IMG/VR virus record: IMGVR_UViG_3300032255_000171
Span: 1 to 35,542 of that record
Strand: one strand, 5' to 3'
DNA from: a virus
Lineage: Duplodnaviria; Caudoviricetes
DNA length: 35,542 bases
How positions within the stretch are numbered: position 1 is the stretch's first letter; each line of letters starts with the position of its first letter. Below are positions 26,165 to 35,206 of the stretch, in pieces. Position numbers and translations under genes: made by a program. The notes under the pieces are model-generated. The model searched no databases. It saw only the letters and a list, made by a program, of their open reading frames with translations, and was not told where the DNA came from.

Positions 26165-26880
26165 ACCGTGGGGATCTGCCCTAACACAGCTTTGATTTGC
26201 GGCCAGCGGCCTTTTGATTCAGCCTCTGTAACAAAAGCATCATGCAAACGCCTGGCACCACGGAACCGACAATCCTGTTGCCATTGCCGCTTTGACCATA
26301 GGCCATTTAAAAACCGCTCAATGACCAGAGACAAGGTATCAAATGCCGGCACACCCTCCAGGCCCATTGTGAATAGTTCAGCCAGAGAACAGCAGACTGT
26401 GCGTGTAAACCATTCAGGGATACCATCTGGTGTTGGATAGGTTTTTAATAATTCAATGGCCTGTGCGGTTTTTGAAACAGGTTTTAAAGCGGGTGTAATG
26501 GCTGTTGAAATAGCTTTGTTTTCCATCGGCCTAAGTAATACTGTTTCTAATACACTGCCTAAGTAACGATGATTACTAAGGGGTTTAAAAACACCCTGAT
26601 CTTGTTTAACGCGCATGGCTTGCACTGTTTCGTTCAATGCAACAGTCAGTGCAAATTTATTTTCTTCTAATTCTATAACTTCTTTTGCCAGGCGTAGTGC
26701 TCGATCATTTGCAAGATCCCTGGTGGCTGGCCTGAATAATCCAAGGTATGAAACTAATGCTGTACTGACAACAGAATCAAGACTTGATAGTAGAACCAAT
26801 AGTGAACGGCCTGATTCATCCTGTATGAGCGCATCCAGATTTATTCGGCTGTGGCAAATTGGGCAGCGGCTTAATTGCAC
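26161..26880 (-). CDS. Conserved Mu-like hypothetical protein (N-terminal CPxC)
   Basis: RCPICH, YLGLFRP...L...RA, PL.NH.YL..V; between gemA and mor. Confidence 0.75.
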   Translation of the reverse strand: MQLSRCPICHSRINLDALIQDESGRSLLVLLSSLDSVVSTALVSYLGLFRPATRDLANDRALRLAKEVIELEENKFALTVALNETVQAMRVKQDQGVFKPLSNHRYLGSVLETVLLRPMENKAISTAITPALKPVSKTAQAIELLKTYPTPDGIPEWFTRTVCCSLAELFTMGLEGVPAFDTLSLVIERFLNGLWSKRQWQQDCRFRGARRLHDAFVTEAESKGRWPQIKAVLGQIPTV

Positions 26881-27284
26881 TATTGAGTTCTCCTGCCGTG
26901 TCGTTTAGCATCGTAAGTCAACGCTGCAATAATCTTTCTTAACTGTCCCCACTGAAGCCATTCATATCGTTCCACATGAAACATTCTTTTTGCCATGCCA
27001 TCGGCGTATTCATCAGGGCGTTTTGCTTCGGCCAACATAGCTTGAATTTTATTTATTAATGCCTGTTTGTCCTGTGCAGGTGTTGTTCTTTTCTTTCGCT
27101 TGAACTTCGCACCACAGCTTCTTAAATGATTCAGTATTTTTTTACGTCCATATTCATCAAGATCTTTAGATGAGCGTACACGCGCAACCGTCCACAACAT
27201 GTCTTTGTAAGTATCATCATCAAGCCCCAGCTGTTTCTTAGCGATATGAATTTTTGCCAGTTCTGTGTTGCGATCACTACTCAT
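26880..27284 (-). CDS. gemA: GemA / Mu gp16 family protein
   Basis: LAKIHIAKKQLGLDDDTY..ML......SSKDL; YADGMAKRMF.VER.EW. Confidence 0.92.
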   Translation of the reverse strand: MSSDRNTELAKIHIAKKQLGLDDDTYKDMLWTVARVRSSKDLDEYGRKKILNHLRSCGAKFKRKKRTTPAQDKQALINKIQAMLAEAKRPDEYADGMAKRMFHVERYEWLQWGQLRKIIAALTYDAKRHGRRTQ

Positions 27285-27765
27285 CTTTCATTGCCTCGAT
27301 GGCTGCTTTATAAGTTTTATAATCAATAATTTCTATATTCTGATTATGTTTTTTCAGGTGATTAATTAATGGTCGTGGACGGTTCCACATTGGGTCAGGC
27401 CACATTCTCTTTTTATACATACCTTTTTTTTTACATTCTCTTTTGCCATATATTTTTTCGTACAGTTTCAACTGTTTGGCCGTGAAACATGCACTAGTGC
27501 GTAGTCGCCAGAAGCGCCTGGCTTCTTCAGACATCTTGTCGCCAACACCAAACCATTCGCCTTTTATCCACCCATTGACATATACATTAATAACCAGTTT
27601 ACTTTTATTACGTACCAGGGCAAAACCAACATAGTATTCATCACACTTTAAATACACAGGACTAAACAGTGCATCAAGTTGTAATTCAATTTCTTTCCAT
27701 TGTTCTTTTGTTGGTTGACTCATTGTTTTTTTACCATCGCATTGTTCTTTTGTTGGTTGACTCAT
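27277..27765 (-). CDS. Hypothetical phage protein with duplicated N-terminus
   Basis: VYVNG.IKGEW motif; ATGA-coupled start at 27765 (alternative 27723). Confidence 0.75.
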   Translation of the reverse strand: MSQPTKEQCDGKKTMSQPTKEQWKEIELQLDALFSPVYLKCDEYYVGFALVRNKSKLVINVYVNGWIKGEWFGVGDKMSEEARRFWRLRTSACFTAKQLKLYEKIYGKRECKKKGMYKKRMWPDPMWNRPRPLINHLKKHNQNIEIIDYKTYKAAIEAMKDE

Positions 27766-27784
27766 TGTTTTTTTACCATCGCAT
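27698..27784. repeat. Perfect 42-bp tandem duplication
   Basis: CATTGTTCTTTTGTTGGTTGACTCATTGTTTTTTTACCATCG at 27698-27739 and 27740-27781, plus a trailing CAT. Confidence 0.95.
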
Positions 27785-27980
27785 CGTACTTTTCCCATGC
27801 CTTTTCTTTAACTCGATTAACCCTGTGATTTGGAATTAAAGAATTTATATGTTTCCATTCAGCTTTATTACTGGCATGAAATATTCCAATTGCCATAGCG
27901 TATGCAGTTGATAAGCTATGATCCGTTCCATTCTCAACCTCAAATTTGATAAGTCTTAAAATAGCCAGTTTCATATCCAT
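27762..27980 (-). CDS. Hypothetical protein
   Basis: TGATG-coupled start at 27980 and stop overlapping the next start. Confidence 0.6.
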   Translation of the reverse strand: MDMKLAILRLIKFEVENGTDHSLSTAYAMAIGIFHASNKAEWKHINSLIPNHRVNRVKEKAWEKYDAMVKKQ

Positions 27981-28588
27981 CACAGTACAGCTATATCTAA
28001 TGCGATGGGTTCCCATTGACCATCAGAATCAGTGCGTGTATAAAACCGTATGTATTCTTTACTGCCTATAATCTGAATTGAATCGGCAATGGCCTGCATT
28101 GCTCTGTCCCATCGCTCATCATCCATATCTAGTTTCCTTAAACCCAAAATATCAGCCGTAGATACCTGACCTTGTTTGTCTACTCGAAAGGCATGCTCAA
28201 CCAGAGCACGAATGCGATCATTGCTGCCATCTGACCAGTCGTGTATGCACTCGTCGATAAGTTGTTTAGCAACTTGCAGGCGTTCATCAAATTGAATATT
28301 GTCGGCAATGGCGATCTGTATTTTCTGTGTGCCGTCAAAACTGACCAGGCTGATGTTGCCTTTTTTACCGCCCATCTTTACGTCATAGTCCTGGGCTGAT
28401 AAATCAACAAAAGCTTTTACCTGTTCCATCATGCTACGCTTAAACTGCTTTATGATCTGTTGCTGGGTACTTGCCATCGCGGTTAATTTAACAACCAGCT
28501 CATCGCGCAATAAATCAAGTGGCTTAATTCTTTTAAGTGGCACAAGATTACCTTTTGCATCTTGTTTAAAACCTTCTGGAATAGACAT
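27980..28588 (-). CDS. DUF3164 family protein
   Basis: G...DAKG.LVP...IKP.D..RD, GGKKGN..L.SFDG, FDERLQ.AK.LID; AGGAGG RBS before ATG 28588. Confidence 0.88.
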   Translation of the reverse strand: MSIPEGFKQDAKGNLVPLKRIKPLDLLRDELVVKLTAMASTQQQIIKQFKRSMMEQVKAFVDLSAQDYDVKMGGKKGNISLVSFDGTQKIQIAIADNIQFDERLQVAKQLIDECIHDWSDGSNDRIRALVEHAFRVDKQGQVSTADILGLRKLDMDDERWDRAMQAIADSIQIIGSKEYIRFYTRTDSDGQWEPIALDIAVL

Positions 28589-28601
28589 TGTTAATTCCCT
28601 C

Positions 28602-28946
28602 CTAACCTGGTAAACGAAGCTGGCCACGCAAATCGGGCAGCGAGACTTTTTTCATTCTGGATATTTGTGTTAGCGACGCCATTGCCCGTTGATGTAAAAA
28701 AAGACAGGTGTCGTTTAATTCGTCTTCGGTCTCAGCAATGAAATAACCTGATGCTGGGTGGGCACAAATATGATGACCTTCAAGCCGTAATTCAGTAACC
28801 AGTTTTCGAACCTGCCTCTGCGCGGCATAGCTCGGCTCTCGCCAGGGCTTGTGATTTATTTCTGATACCAGGGCATCACATTTCACGCCATTGGTTTTGC
28901 CGATATGATTTTGTAATGCTTTAAGAACATCGCTTTTACTAAACAT
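28602..28946 (-). CDS. Putative winged-helix DNA-binding protein
   Basis: HIG..NG, R.VRKLV.ELR.EG.HIC.HP..GYF.A; C-terminal GQLRL. Confidence 0.75.
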   Translation of the reverse strand: MFSKSDVLKALQNHIGKTNGVKCDALVSEINHKPWREPSYAAQRQVRKLVTELRLEGHHICAHPASGYFIAETEDELNDTCLFLHQRAMASLTQISRMKKVSLPDLRGQLRLPG

Positions 28947-28947
28947 T

Positions 28948-29064
28948 TCAAATTCTCCCCGTAACCATTAAACCGAATGTAAAAACAGCTTTTAAAAAAC
29001 CGACAACATATCGCTTAATAAAAACACCAATCACAACGCCCACCATTACTGAGATAATATCCAT
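28948..29064 (-). CDS. 38-aa hydrophobic microprotein (not in the ORF track)
   Basis: MDIISVMVGVVIGVFIKRYVVGFLKAVFTFGLMVTGRI*; GAGG RBS; fills the gap between neighbours. Confidence 0.55.
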   Translation of the reverse strand: MDIISVMVGVVIGVFIKRYVVGFLKAVFTFGLMVTGRI

Positions 29065-29068
29065 TGGG

Positions 29069-29359
29069 CTAAACCCTCTCTATCCACTTAACTTTGCAGT
29101 TCTGTACAGTAGCGATGTACTCACGCTCTCGGCCATTGCGCCCATTACGTAATGCCATTGACACGCCTTCCAGGGTTTCACATTTTTTACAATGTTGAAT
29201 CCATATCTCTGGCGTTGATGCTTCAATTTTGACTGATAGCACTATGAATCCCTGGCCCACCAATATCCGCACACACTTATTCGATGCAACCGACTGGGTA
29301 ATGATGTTGAAATTTTGCTGGTCACGTTTATTTCTAATTAACTGTGTAACATTACTCAT
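29069..29359 (-). CDS. Hypothetical early protein
   Basis: GAGGT RBS, operonic, ends ...NCKVKW.E. Confidence 0.7.
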   Translation of the reverse strand: MSNVTQLIRNKRDQQNFNIITQSVASNKCVRILVGQGFIVLSVKIEASTPEIWIQHCKKCETLEGVSMALRNGRNGREREYIATVQNCKVKWIERV

Positions 29360-29362
29360 GAC

Positions 29363-29722
29363 TTACCTCGCAATTCGACTATGAGAACAACCGCCATGAC
29401 AGGCCTTAAAAAGCTGTACCCGCATAGAATTGGTGGCTGCGTATTTTCGACGTTGGTTTTCCATGCACTTGTTAGCCTTAAGTTCACCCATAACCGGGCA
29501 TTGAACTATGGCTGAAAGCAATGCGCCTTCTACGGCTTGTTTAACAGCGATTAAATCGCCTTTGTAACTGTTGTTTAAAACCGTATTAACCACCGCTGGT
29601 GAGTAACACATTTCAGCGGCTATTTTTTTCTGATTGCTGTTATCACAGGCTTCCGCCATGACCATTACCCAATCAGGAAGCTGATCTCCCCATGCTTTTT
29701 TAGCTTTGCTTATGGCGCTCAT
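29363..29722 (-). CDS. Putative HTH regulator with C-terminal Cys cluster
   Basis: AWG..LPDWV, Q..IA....YSPAVV..VL...Y.GD, CPVMG...C. Confidence 0.78.
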   Translation of the reverse strand: MSAISKAKKAWGDQLPDWVMVMAEACDNSNQKKIAAEMCYSPAVVNTVLNNSYKGDLIAVKQAVEGALLSAIVQCPVMGELKANKCMENQRRKYAATNSMRVQLFKACHGGCSHSRIAR

Positions 29723-30378
29723 GATTCGTTCCCTTTAGGCCAGACCACTTCACCAAGATTAGGATCGAATACTTGCTTCACACGCTGCACCATTGGCGGC
29801 AGCGGCCCAGTGTTACGTGCAGGAATAAAACGAAAGCGTGATGGCTCGACTTTATTGCCTGGTTTAACTAATCGAATGTAACCCGCTTTTTTAAGATGTT
29901 TGATATAGTCCTTTACATCCAGCTCTTTAATTATTGTGCTGCCGGTTGCAGCCGTCGCAACCAGATCGTGCCAGTTAAACTCTTTTAGAATTTTCATGGC
30001 ATTCCATAACTGTTTACGCACTTCACCCTGTTTGCTCTCGTTGCCTTCTTTATCAAGCCGTGGCGCATCAATGCCGATATCATTAATCAAATGCCAGCGT
30101 TTTCGAATGTAGCGACTGTGTATATCTGTGTCGCTTTTTTCACCCTTTATTAACTCCAGATATTTACCGAGTGTTAAGCGTTTGACATAAGTGCGGATAG
30201 TGTCAGTCGAGACAAGATCCTGTTTTACATCTGTTCGAACATTTACTTTCTGCTCGATATCTAAATAAGTGAACTTCTTTAATGCACGAATCGCTGCCCA
30301 GATCGCATCACGGTGAGTTAAAAAACCGTGACGGTGCTGCATTGTTATTGGTTTTCTTTTGGTTTTTGTTGCCGCCAT
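29719..30378 (-). CDS. Conserved protein downstream of B with two winged-helix-like repeats
   Basis: R.AIW.AIR.L / R.QLW.AMK.L repeats; NTGP.PP.VQR...VFDPN. Confidence 0.78.
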   Translation of the reverse strand: MAATKTKRKPITMQHRHGFLTHRDAIWAAIRALKKFTYLDIEQKVNVRTDVKQDLVSTDTIRTYVKRLTLGKYLELIKGEKSDTDIHSRYIRKRWHLINDIGIDAPRLDKEGNESKQGEVRKQLWNAMKILKEFNWHDLVATAATGSTIIKELDVKDYIKHLKKAGYIRLVKPGNKVEPSRFRFIPARNTGPLPPMVQRVKQVFDPNLGEVVWPKGNES

Positions 30379-30380
30379 TT

Positions 30381-31115
30381 CTACACTCTCCGCTTTGGAG
30401 CTTTGCCGGTGTAAAAAGGCTGGTTACCCCATTCAGCTAATGAGATCTGACTCATGCCATTTTCAAGTGCAAATTCCTGGACGTTATAAAGGTTTACACA
30501 GATCCGGCGCACACAGCCTTTTGTGACTTCCATTAATTTATTCAGAATGTCGTCTTCGACAATAACCTTCTGGCAATAAAGTTTGCGAAGTAGACCGGCA
30601 TCATCGGCACTGGCTGGCTGTGCCGGCACCCACTTTAATATGCGGTTATGAAATCGCTCCCAGTGAGTCAGGTTATCTTCCAGGCGTTCTTCGCCAATAA
30701 GCAAGATGGGTGCGTTTGAGCCTTCATAAATATCACGCACAACCTCAACCGCTTTTTTATCTACCATGTGATCAAACTCATCTATGATCAAAGGCCGCCC
30801 CGATAAAGCGAGTTGTTCCGCTATTTGATCTGTCATTTCAGGTATGGTTTTGGCTTGTGCCATGCCCATTTCTTTTAAAACATTTGAGAGAAATGCTTTT
30901 TTAGTCCATGTTGATTTACACTCAACGTAATAAGCATTGAACTTGTTGGCAGCAAATGCTGCACCATTAGATTTGCCATAACCCGATGGGCCATAATAAG
31001 AGACCATGCCAGGCAAATGTGCTGGACGGCTTATTGCAAGTTCAAGAGCCGACACGCATAACGACACATTCGTGAGTGGTGCTATCGTGTTGACAGTTGC
31101 TGTTTCATTTGTCAT
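30381..31115 (-). CDS. Transposition AAA+ ATPase (MuB-like)
   Basis: Walker A GPSGYGKS, Walker B LIIDEFD, LIGEE, ERFHNRI. Confidence 0.93.
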   Translation of the reverse strand: MTNETATVNTIAPLTNVSLCVSALELAISRPAHLPGMVSYYGPSGYGKSNGAAFAANKFNAYYVECKSTWTKKAFLSNVLKEMGMAQAKTIPEMTDQIAEQLALSGRPLIIDEFDHMVDKKAVEVVRDIYEGSNAPILLIGEERLEDNLTHWERFHNRILKWVPAQPASADDAGLLRKLYCQKVIVEDDILNKLMEVTKGCVRRICVNLYNVQEFALENGMSQISLAEWGNQPFYTGKAPKRRV

Positions 31116-31195
31116 ATTGTTATTTCCCCATAAGTTCCGCTATTGGCGTAGCGGGTTTAAAATTGGTCTCTTGATATTCAAGAGGCCTGATTTTT
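31090..31195 (+). ncRNA. Candidate antisense sRNA unit (promoter to terminator) over the B leader
   Basis: TTGACA 31090-31095, 17 bp, TGt-CATATT 31113-31118; hairpin 31137-31154; terminator-like hairpin 31165-31187 plus TGATTTTT. Confidence 0.55.
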
Positions 31196-31197
31196 AA

Positions 31198-33360
31198 TTA
31201 GTTTTCACGCGCATAGTCATCAATAGAAAGACCAAAATCTTCAAACATATCCTTCATTGTTTTGTATTCATTGCCTAACATGTATTGCTCAAGCTTTTGT
31301 TTTATTTCTATATTTACCGGTTCACCGTTCTCAATCTGTCGTTCTATACGTGCCCAACGTGAGTAGCGTTCTTTATCTGTTTCTTTTTTGTGAATATTGA
31401 CTATTGATGCCTCTTGGATTTCTTTAGCAATTTGTTGCTGATGTTGTTTTTCTTTATCAGTCAATTCACGAGGCTGCAGAAGGTGAGGCCGATAATTTTC
31501 ATGCCGCATGATCTGTACAGCACCTGCATTAGGTGTTTGGGGTGATGTTGTGGTAGGCAATAACTCGGTAGCCTCAATAAGATCCATTTTATCTTCGGCT
31601 TTGGCAGCTTCTTTACTTGAACGAACAAAGTGTTTACGTGCCCGATTAAACTCTCGCGCAGCTTGCGTGTCACCAAACCCAGTGACTTCAATGCACTCAG
31701 CTTCTGTTATGTAGCGGCCATCTAGTGTATAAACATGCACTTCATCATGCAGGCTATCTGGATCAAAGCGAGCAACAATTTTCGTGCCTACATGATCATA
31801 AAGTGATTCTGAGTAATAGCGATTTTTACCTATGCCTACACCGCTGCCCGCTTCAAGCAGGAAGGTACCGTCTTTTTTAACTTTTACGCCTTCAGCGGAT
31901 AATAACCATAAGCGACGTTGCTCTGTTGTGGCTTTACGGATGGTTGCGTTTTTATATGATTCATTAAACACCTGGTCAAAACTTAACTTGCCATAGGCCA
32001 TTTCAGTTTTGCGGCCTTCTCGTGCATTCCAGGCATTCACTTCCTGATCTAGAATTTCTAAAAATTGTGCAAGCGGTATTGCTTTGGATCCATAATTTTC
32101 TGGCTTGGCCATTGGGCTGTTGCCGGTAAAGGCTCCAGCAAATGCAGGATGCTTATCAACCACTTCACCAATGCCGCCTACACCAAATGAGCGTTCTATT
32201 GGTTTAGCCTGGCCGTGGCCTTTTCCTTTATAAACACTTGTCCAATGCACATCGACGTTAAGCATTGGAAATAAACCGAGCGGATCATCATCTTTTACTT
32301 TAAAGCGATAACGATTAGGTACGCCACCTGTCATCCATTTATTTGCAGCTGCTCGTGTATTATCAATAGTGGCGTGATCGGGTATGCCATATTTTTCAAC
32401 TAGATCACCGAACGATAAGCGAATAACATCGGTATGCTCGGTTTGGTCAGTTCGCCATGCAAGATGTTTACGGCTTTGAATATCCTGCCAGAACCATGTC
32501 TTGGGTCGTGCAATTTCACCATTTGGCCAGAGAACAAAAACATTGTGCTGATAGCCATCGCCATTAATCCATTCCAGTGCATGCAGGTCTTTAACAGTAC
32601 GCTGCTGTGCAGGATACAAACTCATAAGAGCATGCTCACCTTCACGCATTAATATGCGGACGGTGAAAGGGACTTCACTTTCTATTCGACGTTCCAATGT
32701 GCGCTGACAGGGTATTTCCCACCCGTGTTCTTTAGCTGCACGTTTTAATCTGTCGTAACAGGCACCGCCGCTGGGTTGTTCCTGGCGAAGGAAATCCACT
32801 TTAAAAAATTGCCAGGCTTCAGGAGTACATGCAGATGTTTTTTTATTACCTGCGTGATGAGGCACCAATGCAGCAAGCCAGTCTGATTTTTCATATTGCT
32901 TACAATCTTTATACCAGCGATATAAAGACGAACGATTAAAGCCTGCTGTTAATGCAGCCTGGTTAAATGCCTGAGATCGTTTAACGCCATTTTTAACCAT
33001 TACTAAAGCTGCATTAATAGCTGTTAGTTTATTCTTTGCAGTGTCTTTTTGTTTGGTGGTTTTTGAATCATAAGAAGCCCATAGTGATTCTCTGTCATAA
33101 GTAAATGATGCTGTACTAACTGGCTTGTCATTAGTAGCTACTTCAAAGTGTTCTGAGAATTTTTTAAGTAACGCTGACTGGATTTCAGTAGGTAGTATGG
33201 CCAGCATATAGAGGCGGCGACATTTACCACCGGCTGATTTTTCTTCTGTGTAAATCCAGCTTTCATTTTTAGCTCTTTTTTGTACGGCCTGTCGAGATAC
33301 GCCAAGCGCCTCAGCAATTTGTTTAATCGTATAGGTGCAGTTATTACTTATTTCACCCAT
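31198..33360 (-). CDS. MuA-like DDE transposase
   Basis: N-terminal HTH; INGDGYQHNVFV, IDNTRAAANKW, AKPIERSF; C-terminal RFDP..LH..V.VY.LDGRY. Confidence 0.96.
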   Translation of the reverse strand: MGEISNNCTYTIKQIAEALGVSRQAVQKRAKNESWIYTEEKSAGGKCRRLYMLAILPTEIQSALLKKFSEHFEVATNDKPVSTASFTYDRESLWASYDSKTTKQKDTAKNKLTAINAALVMVKNGVKRSQAFNQAALTAGFNRSSLYRWYKDCKQYEKSDWLAALVPHHAGNKKTSACTPEAWQFFKVDFLRQEQPSGGACYDRLKRAAKEHGWEIPCQRTLERRIESEVPFTVRILMREGEHALMSLYPAQQRTVKDLHALEWINGDGYQHNVFVLWPNGEIARPKTWFWQDIQSRKHLAWRTDQTEHTDVIRLSFGDLVEKYGIPDHATIDNTRAAANKWMTGGVPNRYRFKVKDDDPLGLFPMLNVDVHWTSVYKGKGHGQAKPIERSFGVGGIGEVVDKHPAFAGAFTGNSPMAKPENYGSKAIPLAQFLEILDQEVNAWNAREGRKTEMAYGKLSFDQVFNESYKNATIRKATTEQRRLWLLSAEGVKVKKDGTFLLEAGSGVGIGKNRYYSESLYDHVGTKIVARFDPDSLHDEVHVYTLDGRYITEAECIEVTGFGDTQAAREFNRARKHFVRSSKEAAKAEDKMDLIEATELLPTTTSPQTPNAGAVQIMRHENYRPHLLQPRELTDKEKQHQQQIAKEIQEASIVNIHKKETDKERYSRWARIERQIENGEPVNIEIKQKLEQYMLGNEYKTMKDMFEDFGLSIDDYAREN

Positions 33361-33571
33361 TAAAATTTACCTTTTTATTACGTAACACATTTGCAGCATG
33401 AAAAAGGCAATACCAGTCTTGTTCTTCAAAATTTTCAGCTTCTGCGTAGCGAAAGAAACATTCTTTAAATCGCCCATTAATAATATTATTAGCTACTTCT
33501 AAATCCACATTTAATAATTTAGAAATACCGATTGCTCTACTGTCATTCAATGGCAAAGTGGTTTTACTCAT
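33353..33571 (-). CDS. Hypothetical protein
   Basis: Overlaps both neighbours; AT-rich. Confidence 0.6.
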   Translation of the reverse strand: MSKTTLPLNDSRAIGISKLLNVDLEVANNIINGRFKECFFRYAEAENFEEQDWYCLFHAANVLRNKKVNFNG

Positions 33572-34008
33572 TCCATTTCACCCATTACTTTTTTAAGTTC
33601 ACGAATCTTGCGAGCGGCTTCTTCTTTCAATCGTTCTAGCTTGCCCAGTTCAGCACACAAGGTTTCTTTACCAATCAACAAGCGGCCACCACGTTTATCA
33701 GCTAACCAGTTAGTAAATAAATGAGTTTTACAGGCTGTTTCAAGAACTGCAGTCTGGTAAAAAGGCATGTTATAAGCATCACGACTTTCACTGGCCCAGG
33801 CATCAATCATGTACTTGGAAACTTCCTGACCAGATAGCTTGCTCATCTCTGCAGCTACTTCATATCGATCAAGATCACACTCTTTAAGTGCAATCCCAAC
33901 CAGACCAGAAATCTCAGCTCGATAATCCATACTGGAAGGTAAAGAGCTGGCAGGTTGAGGTACTTCAAATAAATCCAGTGTGCGGATATCAGACTTGCAC
34001 TGGCTCAT
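33568..34008 (-). CDS. Conserved Mu-like early regulatory protein
   Basis: D.RTLDLF, R..VAA.MS.L.G..VSKYM.DAW.SESR; C-terminal coiled coil. Confidence 0.75.
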   Translation of the reverse strand: MSQCKSDIRTLDLFEVPQPASSLPSSMDYRAEISGLVGIALKECDLDRYEVAAEMSKLSGQEVSKYMIDAWASESRDAYNMPFYQTAVLETACKTHLFTNWLADKRGGRLLIGKETLCAELGKLERLKEEAARKIRELKKVMGEME

Positions 34009-34376
34009 GCAGCATCCTCATGTTTATCTGATCTACGAGATTGAACATTGCGTCCAGTTTTTTTGCTGTTATTATTTGCACCCTTGACAGTAGACTTAAC
34101 AACAGGCCGACCCATACGATAAATAGGTAAACCGTCTTTGTCGTAACGCTCGGGCCACAGGTCAGCCGGTGCTATATCAAGCGCATTTGCAATCACCATT
34201 TCCATGCGGGGATAGGTTTTGAAAAATGCTGAATAAAGTGTTTGTCGGTTAACCCCGGCCTTATCGGCAACCTGTGCCATTGACATGCCTAGTAAATGCG
34301 TCTGGTACTTAATCCATGCGCGTCGTTTAGTGGGGTCTTTAAGAAGTTGCTTGGTTGTGCTGTCTAGTTTTCTCAT
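34005..34376 (-). CDS. ner: Ner-like repressor
   Basis: YPR.E.VIA.AL.....DLWPERY motif; divergent from c; ATG 34376 preferred because ATG 34388 lies inside the -10 element. Confidence 0.88.
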   Translation of the reverse strand: MRKLDSTTKQLLKDPTKRRAWIKYQTHLLGMSMAQVADKAGVNRQTLYSAFFKTYPRMEMVIANALDIAPADLWPERYDKDGLPIYRMGRPVVKSTVKGANNNSKKTGRNVQSRRSDKHEDAA

Positions 34377-34384
34377 GGTTTTAA

Positions 34385-34413
34385 ACATTAGACCATATAA
34401 GGAACCCTGTAAA
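34385..34413 (-). promoter_or_regulatory. Early promoter Pe
   Basis: -35 TTTACA (34413-34408), 17 bp, -10 TAATGT (34390-34385). Confidence 0.65.
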
Positions 34414-34623
34414 CCCTTATATGGAACTTAATTTTATTGATCTGTCCTTGGTTGCATTATTAGAAAACAATAATATTTATTATAAAATTTTGTAACATAT
34501 TGATTTATTTGTTTATTTCTAATAATGCAACCGAGAAAAAGATGTGCAACCGCAGATTGCATTATTGGAACTAAAGATGACAACCAAAACAAAGACAGAA
34601 ACTATTGGTTCCAGAATTGGAAC
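34390..34623. promoter_or_regulatory. Operator array (six GTTSC-N6-GGAAC-like sites) with IHF site
   Basis: Sites at 34390, 34412, 34451, 34516, 34556 and 34608; AATCAATATGTTA (34505-34493) matches WATCAANNNNTTR. Confidence 0.75.
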
Positions 34624-35029
34624 TTATAGACGAGAAGAGCGATTATCCATATCAGAATTTGGCAAAATTACCGATATCCCTGTTAGTTCTTTGAAAAAAT
34701 ACGAAAGTAATATCAGTATGCCTGGAGGCGAAGCCATCCAGTCTATTGCGAAAGCCGGTATTAATGCTCACTGGCTGTTAACCGGTAAAGGCCAAATGCT
34801 AATCAAAGACATTGAAGATAGCGACATAGCCCAGCGCAGAGGGGATACGCTAACCACTGAGGATATGGAAAACCGTAAGAACATGATCGATATGCTGGCT
34901 GAGACGACAAACAATCCAGACCAGGTATGGGCTGCACTTCTAACAGAGCTTATGGCTGATTATGATCTTGGGGACAATGCGAACAAACGAATTATGGAAA
35001 CAATGAAAACATTGAAAAATATGAAGTAA
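34577..35029 (+). CDS. Immunity repressor, XRE-type HTH (c)
   Basis: IG.RI...R....LS..EF...T.IP.SSLKKYE.....PG, GIN.HWLLTG.G.M; no S24 peptidase motif visible; start could also be GTG 34544. Confidence 0.85.
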   Translation: MTTKTKTETIGSRIGTYRREERLSISEFGKITDIPVSSLKKYESNISMPGGEAIQSIAKAGINAHWLLTGKGQMLIKDIEDSDIAQRRGDTLTTEDMENRKNMIDMLAETTNNPDQVWAALLTELMADYDLGDNANKRIMETMKTLKNMK

Positions 35030-35075
35030 GTTATGTTTAAAAGCCGATTAAACACCAGGTAATCAGCATTTAACC

Positions 35076-35147
35076 TTGTCGCAATTCATGTGTCGTATTT
35101 TTCCGATATCCTCAAAATTCCTGAATATCGGCATTTTGTCGCAATTC
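35076..35147 (+). repeat. Candidate transposase-binding end repeats
   Basis: TTGTCGCAATTC at 35076 and 35136 (60 bp apart), partial TGTCGTATTT at 35091, downstream of c where the Mu left end lies. Confidence 0.6.
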
Positions 35148-35206
35148 TGGAAATATCTATTTAAAAGCTCTATCGCTACCAAATAGATACTTAAATCCCG
35201 TTGTTT

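Larger units (their letters stand above)
294..35200 (-). mobile_element. Mu-like transposable prophage, contractile tail; exact ends not resolved in the window
   Basis: Full Mu gene order: c/ner, DDE transposase, B, gemA, mor, lysis, gp25-gp48 homologues, fibre, terminal methyltransferase. No terminal TG/CA with flanking duplication could be identified. Confidence 0.95.

Noticed and set aside
27698-27784. CRISPR-like repeat
   Set aside because: Two adjacent copies with no spacer and no cas genes.
3125-32652. Many plus-strand and alternate-frame ORFs (e.g. 5701-6285, 21187-21549, 22111-22467)
   Set aside because: Shadows of well-supported minus-strand genes, without RBS or recognisable motifs.
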